Shown one piece after another: positions 10,301 to 17,623 of a stretch of 59,880 nucleotides of DNA. The position numbers were made by a program, and so were the translations under genes. Source of the stretch: a virus (lineage: Duplodnaviria > Caudoviricetes); IMG/VR virus record IMGVR_UViG_3300025888_000275, positions 1 to 59,880 of that record; one strand, 5' to 3'. How positions within the stretch are numbered: the stretch's first letter is position 1; the number at the start of each line of letters is the position of its first letter. The notes beneath the pieces were generated by a model. It searched no databases and was not told the origin of the DNA. It was given only the letters and a program-made list of their open reading frames with translations.

Positions 10301-11338
10301 GGTGAAGGAAAAACCAAACGACAGGGCGCCCAGGGAACGGCGCTGGATGTTAGCCAGGTAAACGCTGTACCGATTCTGTTGGGTCAGGAAGCTCCGGAAC
10401 GTGACGATGCTTCGCTGGGAAATAGATGTGTATTGTGCCCGGTACCGAAGAAAGAATTATGGAGCGACAACGAGGTGGCTAATTTTCAACTCCTGAAACG
10501 CTGGGAGAAGGAAGGACTTACAGAAATACTCTTCGAAGTATTGAAGTGTAGGCCAATAGTGAGAGATCATTATCAGAACAAATTGCGCATAGTACAAAAA
10601 GAACTCCGCATGGATCTGACCGCCGATCATTCGGCATTTCAAACCAGGATATTAGCGACCGTGTCGCTATTTCTGGCTATGGTGAAGTTATTTGAGGAAC
10701 ATGTTCCGGGGCTGGAATTGCCATTTACCTATTCGGAATTTTACCAGATCGCCCGGAAGAAGCTGATCCAACAGAGCGAAAGCATTACCAGCTCCAACCG
10801 TCTGGCTGTATTCTTCGACACATTTGTACAACTCACTGAAGATACCCGTAACGGGCTGATCCGTGGCAAGGAATATAAGATTGAATTGCTCGATGAGATT
10901 ACCATCCGCGAAGGGCAAAAGAACAGCACCGTGAAGAATTTCGATGAAGGGCCTAAACGCGTATTGTTTGTCCGGCTGGAAGTGATTCACCCCAAATACC
11001 GCGACCGTGTGGGTATTCAGGAACATTTAAAAATGAATAACCTTCAGAACTACCTGAAAGATCACCCGGCCTATATTGGCGCGGTAAAGCATACCACCTT
11101 CACCTGGCAGAACGAAATACGCAACATTGCCGACGATGGCAGCGGCAGGGTGATTTCGACCATGTTCGAAGAATCGAAACGCACCAGCGCCATTGCGCTT
11201 GACTACGAGAAGCTGGGTATTGATCTGGGCAGTTCGAGCCAGATGGAGAGCGTGAAGCCACTAACGCCGGAACAACAGGCTGTCAGTTTGCAATTGCAGA
11301 TGTACCCGAATGGAAAAGGAGATGGTTTGCCATATTAA
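7355..11338 (+). CDS. dnaG: DnaG-type primase fused to a C-terminal P-loop helicase
   Basis: CHC2 zinc finger CPFH..CFGC, RFRDRVIFP, KYLNSPET, Toprim VEG.D and FDGD.AG, Walker A GPTECGKS and Walker-B-like VVMEE. Confidence 0.9.
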   Translation: MIAQDTIQKVLSAANITEVVSEFVNLKKKGVNYLGVCPFHNEKTPSMVVSPAKGIFKCFGCGKAGNAISFVMEHEAMTYPEAIEYVAKKYHVEIPKVEMTEDEMRKRSERDTLFAMNRVAATFYADNLKNHGQAITYLKDRDFDLTDIDKFSLGSIGVAWDEFLKHATSLGYNPQQLHKAGLLGKKETGDGRRETGERYYDRFRDRVIFPYFDLMGHVVGFTGRILPSTASRSGSDAKDDGQAKYLNSPETEVFHKGRLLYGLFQAKQAIVKEGKAYLVEGNTDVIRFHKQGLTNTICTSGTALTVEHARLIRRFTNNLTILFDGDGAGLKAAVKGIDICIQEGLNVYVALLPTGEDPDTFAKGKSRDELYHWIEDNEKDFILLMCDLAAKDIEQKPAEKGKLINELLDIVKKVPDLITRETYFSEVANKFSIDRKKVEAGIFKEEKADELFGMIVNETAIREKDQVFIYTSKETAFANTGSDLETNSIVVSGLLTAVQIGKLSGITKNLVFAEEFDYKHSTSCRAGLEVSPEDIIKTQRQIKQMKFLAENGFTVLLNCGDRYGKDQEYVSFSTFYFDFLAESIKPYDPDSKKEAVEAAAEFLSKLDNTTISIKTAEIAKRFNLSKADFAQVLKPFLSKVKNKVQQRNEEIMIDDEHYVFSIEKLPDYVDQKFFNKYNHFAAQNKDGKKIFYVFATEHGTLTKVGNFYMEPQFQVFSDDPLKNKRICKLNHADLRSSKYVEIPSNEMIEFGAFKKFLFRQGPYLLRNAKVFHLDTILDSIALNFPVAYELTIFGQQNEDFYAFSNAVFAENKIKYMNDLGLIEHGDTTFYSPSISVIYKDVRKDEDQFALDRFFIYRENKNVHFKEWAELVREVYKANDNGCWTVLMAIMCAFRSDIFKIDRLFTTLFFIGPTECGKSQLAQSIRALYIHPDAPMFNLNSGTDAAFFTMLQRYRDAPVVMEEYNDQQISDIKFQGLKASIYDGEGKTKRQGAQGTALDVSQVNAVPILLGQEAPERDDASLGNRCVLCPVPKKELWSDNEVANFQLLKRWEKEGLTEILFEVLKCRPIVRDHYQNKLRIVQKELRMDLTADHSAFQTRILATVSLFLAMVKLFEEHVPGLELPFTYSEFYQIARKKLIQQSESITSSNRLAVFFDTFVQLTEDTRNGLIRGKEYKIELLDEITIREGQKNSTVKNFDEGPKRVLFVRLEVIHPKYRDRVGIQEHLKMNNLQNYLKDHPAYIGAVKHTTFTWQNEIRNIADDGSGRVISTMFEESKRTSAIALDYEKLGIDLGSSSQMESVKPLTPEQQAVSLQLQMYPNGKGDGLPY

Positions 11339-11424
11339 CGTGTTGTAGCTATGAGCAGGTTTGCGTTGCACCACGTATTAAGTTACATAAAACCTATCCG
11401 CAAACTTGCTTATAGGTGCGGTTA
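11336..11424 (+). repeat. attC-like site 1 (TAAC...GTTA imperfect hairpin)
   Basis: TAAC 11336-11339 includes the primase stop; arms CTATGAGCAGGTTTGCG / CGCAAACTTGCTTATAG; GTTA 11421-11424. Confidence 0.7.
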
Positions 11425-11450
11425 TGCGTTGTTATTTAATTATCAATATT

Positions 11451-11816
11451 ATGAATTTAGATATAGGGAACAAACCACTTAAAGAATTGACCGCCGAAAA
11501 CATCATGCAAATTGTAATGATTATCGGGTCTGCTCCTTCATTAGAATTTTGGAACGAACCTGTATTGCTGGATTTTACAAACACATTATTTAGTGATACA
11601 ATAGTTATTGACTATGTCAGTTATAGAAAATCTGACAATAAAAAAAGTTGTCAATACACGTTCTTTTTTGATTTTAAAAGATTCAGTTGGCATTACATTA
11701 AAGATTTTGAAATCTATCATAAATGGCAAAGATACCACAGTAGCAAGCTGGGTCTACCCGAATTGCGTTATCTTATTTCGCAGGGCTTCGATGTCCCGCT
11801 TTATAATAACGCATAA
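11451..11816 (+). CDS. Cassette gene 1, hypothetical
   Basis: AT-rich ORF whose stop lies inside the TAAC of site 2; start at 11451. Confidence 0.7.
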   Translation: MNLDIGNKPLKELTAENIMQIVMIIGSAPSLEFWNEPVLLDFTNTLFSDTIVIDYVSYRKSDNKKSCQYTFFFDFKRFSWHYIKDFEIYHKWQRYHSSKLGLPELRYLISQGFDVPLYNNA

Positions 11817-11931
11817 CGGTCTTTTGCTTGACGCAGGTGGGGAATTTAACCGGATCGCCACCTAAGTACAGATTTCATCCGGTTACTTGTCAGAGAGCGA
11901 ATATGCCCCACTTGACGGCAAGCAAATGTTA
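11814..11931 (+). repeat. attC-like site 2
   Basis: TAAC-GGTCT-TTTGCTTGACGCAGGTGGGG ... CCCCACTTGACGGCAAGCAAA-T-GTTA with an inner stem TAACCGGAT/ATCCGGTTA. Confidence 0.75.
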
Positions 11932-11951
11932 TTGGGCGTTTTAATTAGTCA

Positions 11952-12425
11952 ATGATGAAAAAATACACAAAACAAAAATTACTAGATGCTTTTGATCATT
12001 ACGCAGATTGTCAGACAATAAGAGTAGATCACGAAGAAAACGACTACTTAGAAAATACTATGAGTAGTGTGATGTTTGTGACGTTAGTTGAAAAACTATT
12101 TTATGAAATTGAAATGGGAGTTATGCAAGAATCTGAACCTAAATTTAAAATTGGAGATAGGGTATTTGCTAAATTTGATTACGAAACATCCAGCACCGGA
12201 AGTTTTAAAGATGGAACAGAAAAACAAAGCGTTGAATGTGATGGAAAGGTAGTTGCTGGATATAATAATGATTTAATCGTTGAATCAATTAGTAAATTCA
12301 GGGTTGCCTCATATCAAAATAATGGTTTGATGGGAACAAATTGTTCGAGAAACGCTAAGTCTTGGTATGAAATAAGAGAGGAAACGCTAAAATCTCCGTT
12401 GTCTGCCATTTTAAATGCCCTATAA
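11952..12425 (+). CDS. Cassette gene 2, hypothetical
   Basis: AT-rich ORF with PKFKIGDRV motif; stop lies inside the TAAC of site 3. Confidence 0.7.
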   Translation: MMKKYTKQKLLDAFDHYADCQTIRVDHEENDYLENTMSSVMFVTLVEKLFYEIEMGVMQESEPKFKIGDRVFAKFDYETSSTGSFKDGTEKQSVECDGKVVAGYNNDLIVESISKFRVASYQNNGLMGTNCSRNAKSWYEIREETLKSPLSAILNAL

Positions 12426-12510
12426 CGGTCCCCGTATTGACGCAGTTGGCAACTTGTTCACTGCGTCTGGCTCCGTAAAAGTGTCCGCCAATTGCCGCAA
12501 TACGGTGTTA
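12423..12510 (+). repeat. attC-like site 3
   Basis: TAAC-GGTCC-CCGTATTGACGCAGTTGGC ... GCCAATTGCCGCAATACGG-T-GTTA. Confidence 0.75.
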
Positions 12511-12545
12511 TAATTTGTTTTTAATTACTTATAAAAATTGAAACT

Positions 12546-12734
12546 ATGTCAAGAACTAAAGGAAGTGGTTGGGGCGGTGGAGTTTTACTCTACCAGAAAT
12601 GTCCAATCTGTCAAAAGAAAAAGGCATTATATGATCCATTGCCTCAAAATATATCATTCAAATGCACAAGTTGTAAGGCTCGATTCTACGATGAAAGTTT
12701 GATATGTCGAACTCATCCAGAACCGATTAAATAA
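12546..12734 (+). CDS. Cassette gene 3, small Zn-ribbon protein
   Basis: CPIC...CTSC; followed by TTATAAC. Confidence 0.65.
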   Translation: MSRTKGSGWGGGVLLYQKCPICQKKKALYDPLPQNISFKCTSCKARFYDESLICRTHPEPIK

Positions 12735-12780
12735 ATTATAACGGATACCTATACAAAACACCATTTAAAATCAAACACTT

Positions 12781-13596
12781 ATGAAAAAACTTTTGGCCAG
12801 TTACGAAGCAGAATTGCAGCTTCGTAACTATTGTTATCATACCGTGAAGTGCTATGTCGGGTTAGTCCGATCCTTCATCATGCACTTTTACAAACATCCT
12901 ACCTTTATTTCCGAGGAAGAAATCAAAATTTATCTTCTCAAATCATCTTCTCAGGCACTTTTGAAACAGCGCATCAGCGCAATTAAGCGATTTTATGAGT
13001 TGGTTATTAAGGACCCTCTGAAATTTAAGTATATACAGTACCCGCGAACAGAGCAGCATTTGCCAGATATCCTTTCATTTGATGAAGTGCAACGGCTATT
13101 TACTACCTGTACAAATTTGAAACACAAAGCAATCCTGTTTTTGTTCTACTCTACCGGCATGCGCGAAGGCGAAGTAATCAACCTGAAAATAAAGGATATT
13201 GATAGTGGACTTATGCAAATACATATTCGCCAGGCCAAAGGGAAAAAAGACCGGATTGTTCCGCTATCAGAACCGACGTTAAAAGCCTTACGAGTATATT
13301 TCAAAGAAGAAAAACCCCACAACTACCTGTTCAATGGCCAGTTTTCCGACCGTTATTCAGCCACATCCATTCAGCAATTTGTTAAAAAATATGCTACAAT
13401 TGCCAAAATCAAAAAGCGCGTTTATCCTCACCTTTTGCGCCACTGTTCAGCTACACATTCCTACGAATCAGGGACGGATTTAATGATTCTTCAAAAAATA
13501 TTGGGCCACAGCCAAATAAAAACGACTCAAATTTACACTCATCTTTCAAACAACCTCCTATCAAAAGTAAGAACGCCGGACATGGCGCTTGTATAG
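12781..13596 (+). CDS. Tyrosine recombinase (XerD/integron-integrase-like, without IntI insertion)
   Basis: SAM-like N-terminus (LRNYCYHTVKCY); catalytic GMR, KGKKDR, HLLRH, LGH, IYTH all intact. Confidence 0.92.
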   Translation: MKKLLASYEAELQLRNYCYHTVKCYVGLVRSFIMHFYKHPTFISEEEIKIYLLKSSSQALLKQRISAIKRFYELVIKDPLKFKYIQYPRTEQHLPDILSFDEVQRLFTTCTNLKHKAILFLFYSTGMREGEVINLKIKDIDSGLMQIHIRQAKGKKDRIVPLSEPTLKALRVYFKEEKPHNYLFNGQFSDRYSATSIQQFVKKYATIAKIKKRVYPHLLRHCSATHSYESGTDLMILQKILGHSQIKTTQIYTHLSNNLLSKVRTPDMALV

Positions 13597-13963
13597 GTAA
13601 AGTGTGGACGGAGAAAGAACGCATTGAATGAGATTATCAGATATTTTAAAACCAATAAAAATGGAAAAACTATCAAACAAACAAATGATTGAAGTAATAA
13701 AATTTGTTGTGGAACAAAGAGAAACGCGAGCTTCCAGATTACAGATAAAATTTTTGTGGGGGTATAATCGGGCTGATAACACAATGGAAGAACTTGAAAA
13801 ACTGGGCGTTGTTGGAGAGTCTAAGGGCGTGATTGGTCGTGAGGTAATAATATCACTAAATGATGCAACTAAATTAATTAAGCAACTCAATGATTCATGC
13901 AGCGAATAGCCTGACTTATAACGACGATGATTTATACTCTGTATAATTAAAGTGTGGACGGAG
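13590..13963 (+). repeat. 24-bp direct repeats flanking the FtsK-gamma gene
   Basis: TGTATAGGTAAAGTGTGGACGGAG at 13590-13613 and TGTATAATTAAAGTGTGGACGGAG at 13940-13963 (22/24 identical). Confidence 0.85.
13661..13909 (+). CDS. Stand-alone FtsK gamma (winged-helix) domain protein
   Basis: ASRLQIKFLWGYNRADNTMEELEKLGVVGESKGVIGREVI resembles the FtsK-gamma consensus (S.LQR...IGYNRA.R..E.LE..G.VG...G...REVL). Confidence 0.75.
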   Translation: MEKLSNKQMIEVIKFVVEQRETRASRLQIKFLWGYNRADNTMEELEKLGVVGESKGVIGREVIISLNDATKLIKQLNDSCSE

Positions 13964-13995
13964 TATTGAAAGGGGAAAATAGAGGTTTCAGGAGG

Positions 13996-14020
13996 GATTG
14001 CTTCGTGCCTCGCAATGACG
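13996..14020 (+). repeat. REP-like family A (GATTGCTTCGTGCCTCGCAATGACG), representative copy
   Basis: Identical copies at 21013, 24511, 33112, 40469; reverse copies at 46518 and 59344; variants near 15010, 15815, 23782-23855, 34308, 34780, 53278. Confidence 0.85.
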
Positions 14021-14105
14021 GGTTGAAGGACATTTCCATAATCAGGAGGAAAAAGTTTTGAGAAGGAAAAAAATAATAAAAAAAGCAACTGACAGTCAAA
14101 AGGGT

Positions 14106-14640
14106 GTTCCCGCGTTCCCGCGTTCCCGCACCCCGTGCCCCACGCTTTCAAAAAACCAGAATAAAACGATTTTGCAAATCTCATGCCATTGAAAACCAGA
14201 CAGATAAAGTAAGTAAATAATGATAAAAAAAGTAATAATCTCTCTCTGTAAGTTGCGGGAACGCTGGGTCACGCTGGGTCACGATCTGAAAATTACTAAT
14301 TTTTGGGTCACGGTGGGTCACGGCGGGATAGACGTTTTTAGCCGTGCCCCAACTTTTAATAAAAATAAGTATTTGAAAACTAATGTGTTAATCCGTGGCG
14401 GTTAGTCGCGGGAACGCGGGACAGAGAAATGGCAAAAAAAGGCCTTTTGAAAAAAAAAATATTTTTTTTGCCCGAAAAACCCCAAAAAACCGATAATAAA
14501 TAAACCGAAGTCTATTAAATTTTAATAATCAATAGATATTATTTATAAAATAATATTAAAAAATGTTCAAAAAATTAGAAAAGTAATAAAAAGAAGGGTG
14601 AAAAACTATTTAACAATTTTTAAAAAAGAACCGTTTTGAA
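14106..14640. other. Putative replication origin
   Basis: GTTCCCGC x3 (14106-14129), inverted GCGGGAAC copies (14255, 14408), TGGGTCACG x4, then a long A/T tract; downstream of the primase-helicase. Confidence 0.5.
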
Positions 14641-14809
14641 CACGATTAAAGGATTAAATGATTTACAGGATTAAAAGAGGGGGTCCCTACTCGTATAAGT
14701 TTGCCGGATCTGAGAGCGAAGTTTTCAAACAGATTGGTAGTGGTGTAGCTGTTCAAATGGTTCAGTGGGTAGGAAATGAAGCAATTAAATACTTTAATAA
14801 GATAGCAGT

Positions 14810-15001
14810 ATGACCGTTAAATTTTACATATTTCAGCGCGACGACCAAACGGGAAAAACCCGTGACAGATATTTGTTTAAGGACGAACGGAGTGAATTAG
14901 CAGTTGGTATCCGGGTGAAACACATGAATACGACCTACCAAGTTGATTCGATGGAATTTATTGGTAAGACTCTCAAAGCGGTATGTTTAGAAGTACCTTG
15001 A
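14810..15001 (+). CDS. Small hypothetical protein
   Basis: 63 aa ORF followed by a REP pair and a terminator. Confidence 0.55.
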   Translation: MTVKFYIFQRDDQTGKTRDRYLFKDERSELAVGIRVKHMNTTYQVDSMEFIGKTLKAVCLEVP

Positions 15002-15116
15002 TGCTAATGGATTGCTTCCCGCCACGTTCCTCGCGGTCGCAATGACGGTCAAATCAGCGTCATTGCGAGGCGTTGCGAGGAACGCGGCAAAGCAATCTGT
15101 AATTACTTTATTAACC

Positions 15117-15146
15117 AAGCCTGTTCGTAGTTGAGCAGGCTTTTTT
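15117..15146 (+). terminator. Intrinsic terminator
   Basis: AAGCCTGTTC-GTAGTT-GAGCAGGCTT followed by a T run. Confidence 0.7.
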
Positions 15147-15230
15147 GTTTTTTGAACCCTATGTATAATAATTTTATTATATTCGTAGCGCTTCATTCAC
15201 CGTATTTAACCCCAAATACGGTGAATTTTT

Positions 15231-15749
15231 ATGAGCATACTCAAGAAGAAAAAGAACATTGTTAAGATAAAGGTTCATCCGGTTGTTTACGATTTTTATA
15301 CTGCCCAGTATGGTGAAACTTTTGATTTGAAAGAAGATTCGGTACTTTCCATTATAGTCCCACATGTGTTAACATTGAAGCCAAAAGAATATGAGCCTGA
15401 ACGCATAGCTAATTATAAACAGTTAAATGTGATTGTATGTGATATGATGATTGGATCGGGAAGTGATTGTGCCCAATATATTAATACAGATCACCGGCAT
15501 TTCGTTAGTGACAGGAACCAGTATTATATAAGCAGGTTCCTGGATAGTATTTTAAAGAACATATTTTATAATTACATGCTGGCGTTTATGAGGAGCAATA
15601 AGAAGGCACAACAGAAGGATGCTATATTTGATTTTATGCTGGTTTATAAAATTGAGGAATGTTCGATCAATTTTGATATGCTGAAAAAGAGCTGGGACCG
15701 AAGTGGCGAAAAAAAGGAGTGGAAGGCTAATTGTGTTAATAAATGTTAA
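15231..15749 (+). CDS. Hypothetical protein, candidate late-gene regulator
   Basis: 172 aa; first gene before the head module; helical C-terminus. Confidence 0.55.
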   Translation: MSILKKKKNIVKIKVHPVVYDFYTAQYGETFDLKEDSVLSIIVPHVLTLKPKEYEPERIANYKQLNVIVCDMMIGSGSDCAQYINTDHRHFVSDRNQYYISRFLDSILKNIFYNYMLAFMRSNKKAQQKDAIFDFMLVYKIEECSINFDMLKKSWDRSGEKKEWKANCVNKC

Positions 15750-15878
15750 AATAATAAAAATAAACTACTAACTTTTGTCCCGTGGGAAAATTACGATTGG
15801 AAGGTATGCGGACAGGTTGCCGCGCTTCGCTCGCAATGACGGTAAATAGTAAATGAATAAATAGTAAATAAATACACG

Positions 15879-16319
15879 ATGGATAATTCAAATGTTGGAT
15901 ATTATAACTTAATAGGATTGGAGTGGGTATATGCTGATTTGGTTTCGAGCATTACTTTGATATCGCCAGGGGTTGTCAGGGTTAATCTGGGAACCGGAAT
16001 TGTTTGGAATAAGATTTATTTTACACCTGGTGCTGGAAAGTTTCCAGAGACCAATGGTAATGATGCCAGTGGCGTTTACGTTGATCAAAAATTAGCGGCA
16101 AGTTGTGTTAATGATGATAGTAGCAACTGGGAGGAACTTGATGAATTGAGCAGAAGAAGAGTTATACTTCGACTTACATTTAAGGAAGGGGTTCGAATTG
16201 CAGGAACAAAGGAACGCGGATTTTTACTGTCGGTTTCGAATGAAGACGGCAATGGCAGATATATCAGTATTTCGTCAAGCATGAGATCGGAGGAACGAAG
16301 TAAGTGGGAGGAAGTATAA
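15879..16319 (+). CDS. Hypothetical virion-module protein
   Basis: Beta-rich 146 aa ORF preceding the protease. Confidence 0.6.
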   Translation: MDNSNVGYYNLIGLEWVYADLVSSITLISPGVVRVNLGTGIVWNKIYFTPGAGKFPETNGNDASGVYVDQKLAASCVNDDSSNWEELDELSRRRVILRLTFKEGVRIAGTKERGFLLSVSNEDGNGRYISISSSMRSEERSKWEEV

Positions 16320-16386
16320 CGATTATAAGAATTGCCTTCGACTGCTTCGCGCTCAGGCACCGAGAATTACACGAATTAAGAGAATG

Positions 16387-16418
16387 GGTGTACTCAGAGA
16401 TGGGTACACCTTTTTTTT
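16387..16418 (+). terminator. Intrinsic terminator
   Basis: GGTGTACTC...GGGTACACC followed by T8. Confidence 0.65.
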
Positions 16419-16562
16419 GTTAAAAGATTATTCATCCGATGAACTTAAAGTCATCGGATGAATGGGGTAAATGGTGGAAAAAGGACAATAGAGGGTATTG
16501 CGAGTCCTTTAGCAGGAATAAACAATGAACTAAGATTATACCGACAAAAACTGTATAAGCAG

Positions 16563-17450
16563 ATGAAAGTTTCTAAATTACTTAGTTCGGTACTTTTTGA
16601 GCCATGGATGATGTTGCCGGAGGCAGCAGAATTGCATTTACCAATGATTGCGGCATGGCTGCTGGGTAATGAAATTCAGTTTGAGGAAAAAGGCAGGCTG
16701 GATATACAAATGGCATTCGCCGGTAGAATAAGCCCTGGATTTCCGGAAGATGTTGCCGATATGCCTGATGGATCGGTGGCGATTGTAAACCTTAAAGGTG
16801 AACTTACCAAATATGACGGGATGTGCAGTTACGGTGCCGTAACCACAGGTAACCTGATTAAAACACTTGGAGCTTCAAAAAATATTTCGGGGGTAGTAAT
16901 TGACTTTGACGGTCCCGGAGGATCTGTTAATGCCATTTCGCCTATTATTGAATCAATTCAATTTGTGCAGCGACAGGGAAAACCCATTGTAGGTCATGCC
17001 GACCTGATAGCCAGCGCCCATTTATACGCGGGGGTATATACCGACCATTTGATGATGGATAACACTATTAGTTCGCACATTGGAAGTATAGGTGTAATGA
17101 CTACCCTGATGGATTACCGCGAGAAACTGAAACAGATGGGCGTGGATATGAAAAATATTTATGCTACCCAAAGTACCCACAAAAATTTAGAGTCGGAACA
17201 GGCATTGGAGGGTGACTTTACGCTCCTGAAAAAAAACGTGCTGGACCCGTTAGCGGCCAAATTTCAACAAGCGGTTAGGGAACAACGTGGAGCCAAATTA
17301 AATGAAAAGGTTGACGGTATTTTAAACGGCGCCATGTTTTTTGCCGAAGACGCGGTAAAGAACGGACTGGCCGACAGTATTGGCACTTTGGAAGATTCGA
17401 TACAAAGAGTTCTTGATTTGGTGGAGGTACGGAAGTTTATGAAAAGGTAG
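16563..17450 (+). CDS. S49 (SppA-like) prohead protease
   Basis: DGPGGSV, IASAHLY, IGSIGV, AVKNGLADSIG; likely start MKVSK at 16563. Confidence 0.85.
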   Translation: MKVSKLLSSVLFEPWMMLPEAAELHLPMIAAWLLGNEIQFEEKGRLDIQMAFAGRISPGFPEDVADMPDGSVAIVNLKGELTKYDGMCSYGAVTTGNLIKTLGASKNISGVVIDFDGPGGSVNAISPIIESIQFVQRQGKPIVGHADLIASAHLYAGVYTDHLMMDNTISSHIGSIGVMTTLMDYREKLKQMGVDMKNIYATQSTHKNLESEQALEGDFTLLKKNVLDPLAAKFQQAVREQRGAKLNEKVDGILNGAMFFAEDAVKNGLADSIGTLEDSIQRVLDLVEVRKFMKR

Positions 17451-17623
17451 AAGAAAGTCGCAGTGGTCAGTGGTCAGTCGCAGTGGTCAGTCGCAGTGGT
17501 AAAATGGAGCGGAGACGGGAGACGGGAGACGGGAGACCGGGAGTAAAATTAAAAGTAATGGTCGGAGACCGGTGGTTGATGATCGATTAGTAAAATAGGT
17601 ATTAACAATTAATAATTAAAGCA

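Noticed and set aside
12781-13596. Prophage integrase or canonical IntI
   Set aside because: Too short for an arm-binding lambda-type integrase, located mid-genome, and lacks the IntI insertion; attL/attR were not identifiable in the window
15777-15812. Additional copy of the late promoter motif
   Set aside because: Reads GTCCCGT with no TTTG at the expected offset
16458-16562. N-terminal extension of the S49 protease, and similar extensions of ORFs 2146, 11406 and 13628
   Set aside because: The upstream starts fall inside palindromes, repeats or promoter motifs; downstream ATGs with A-rich leaders are more plausible
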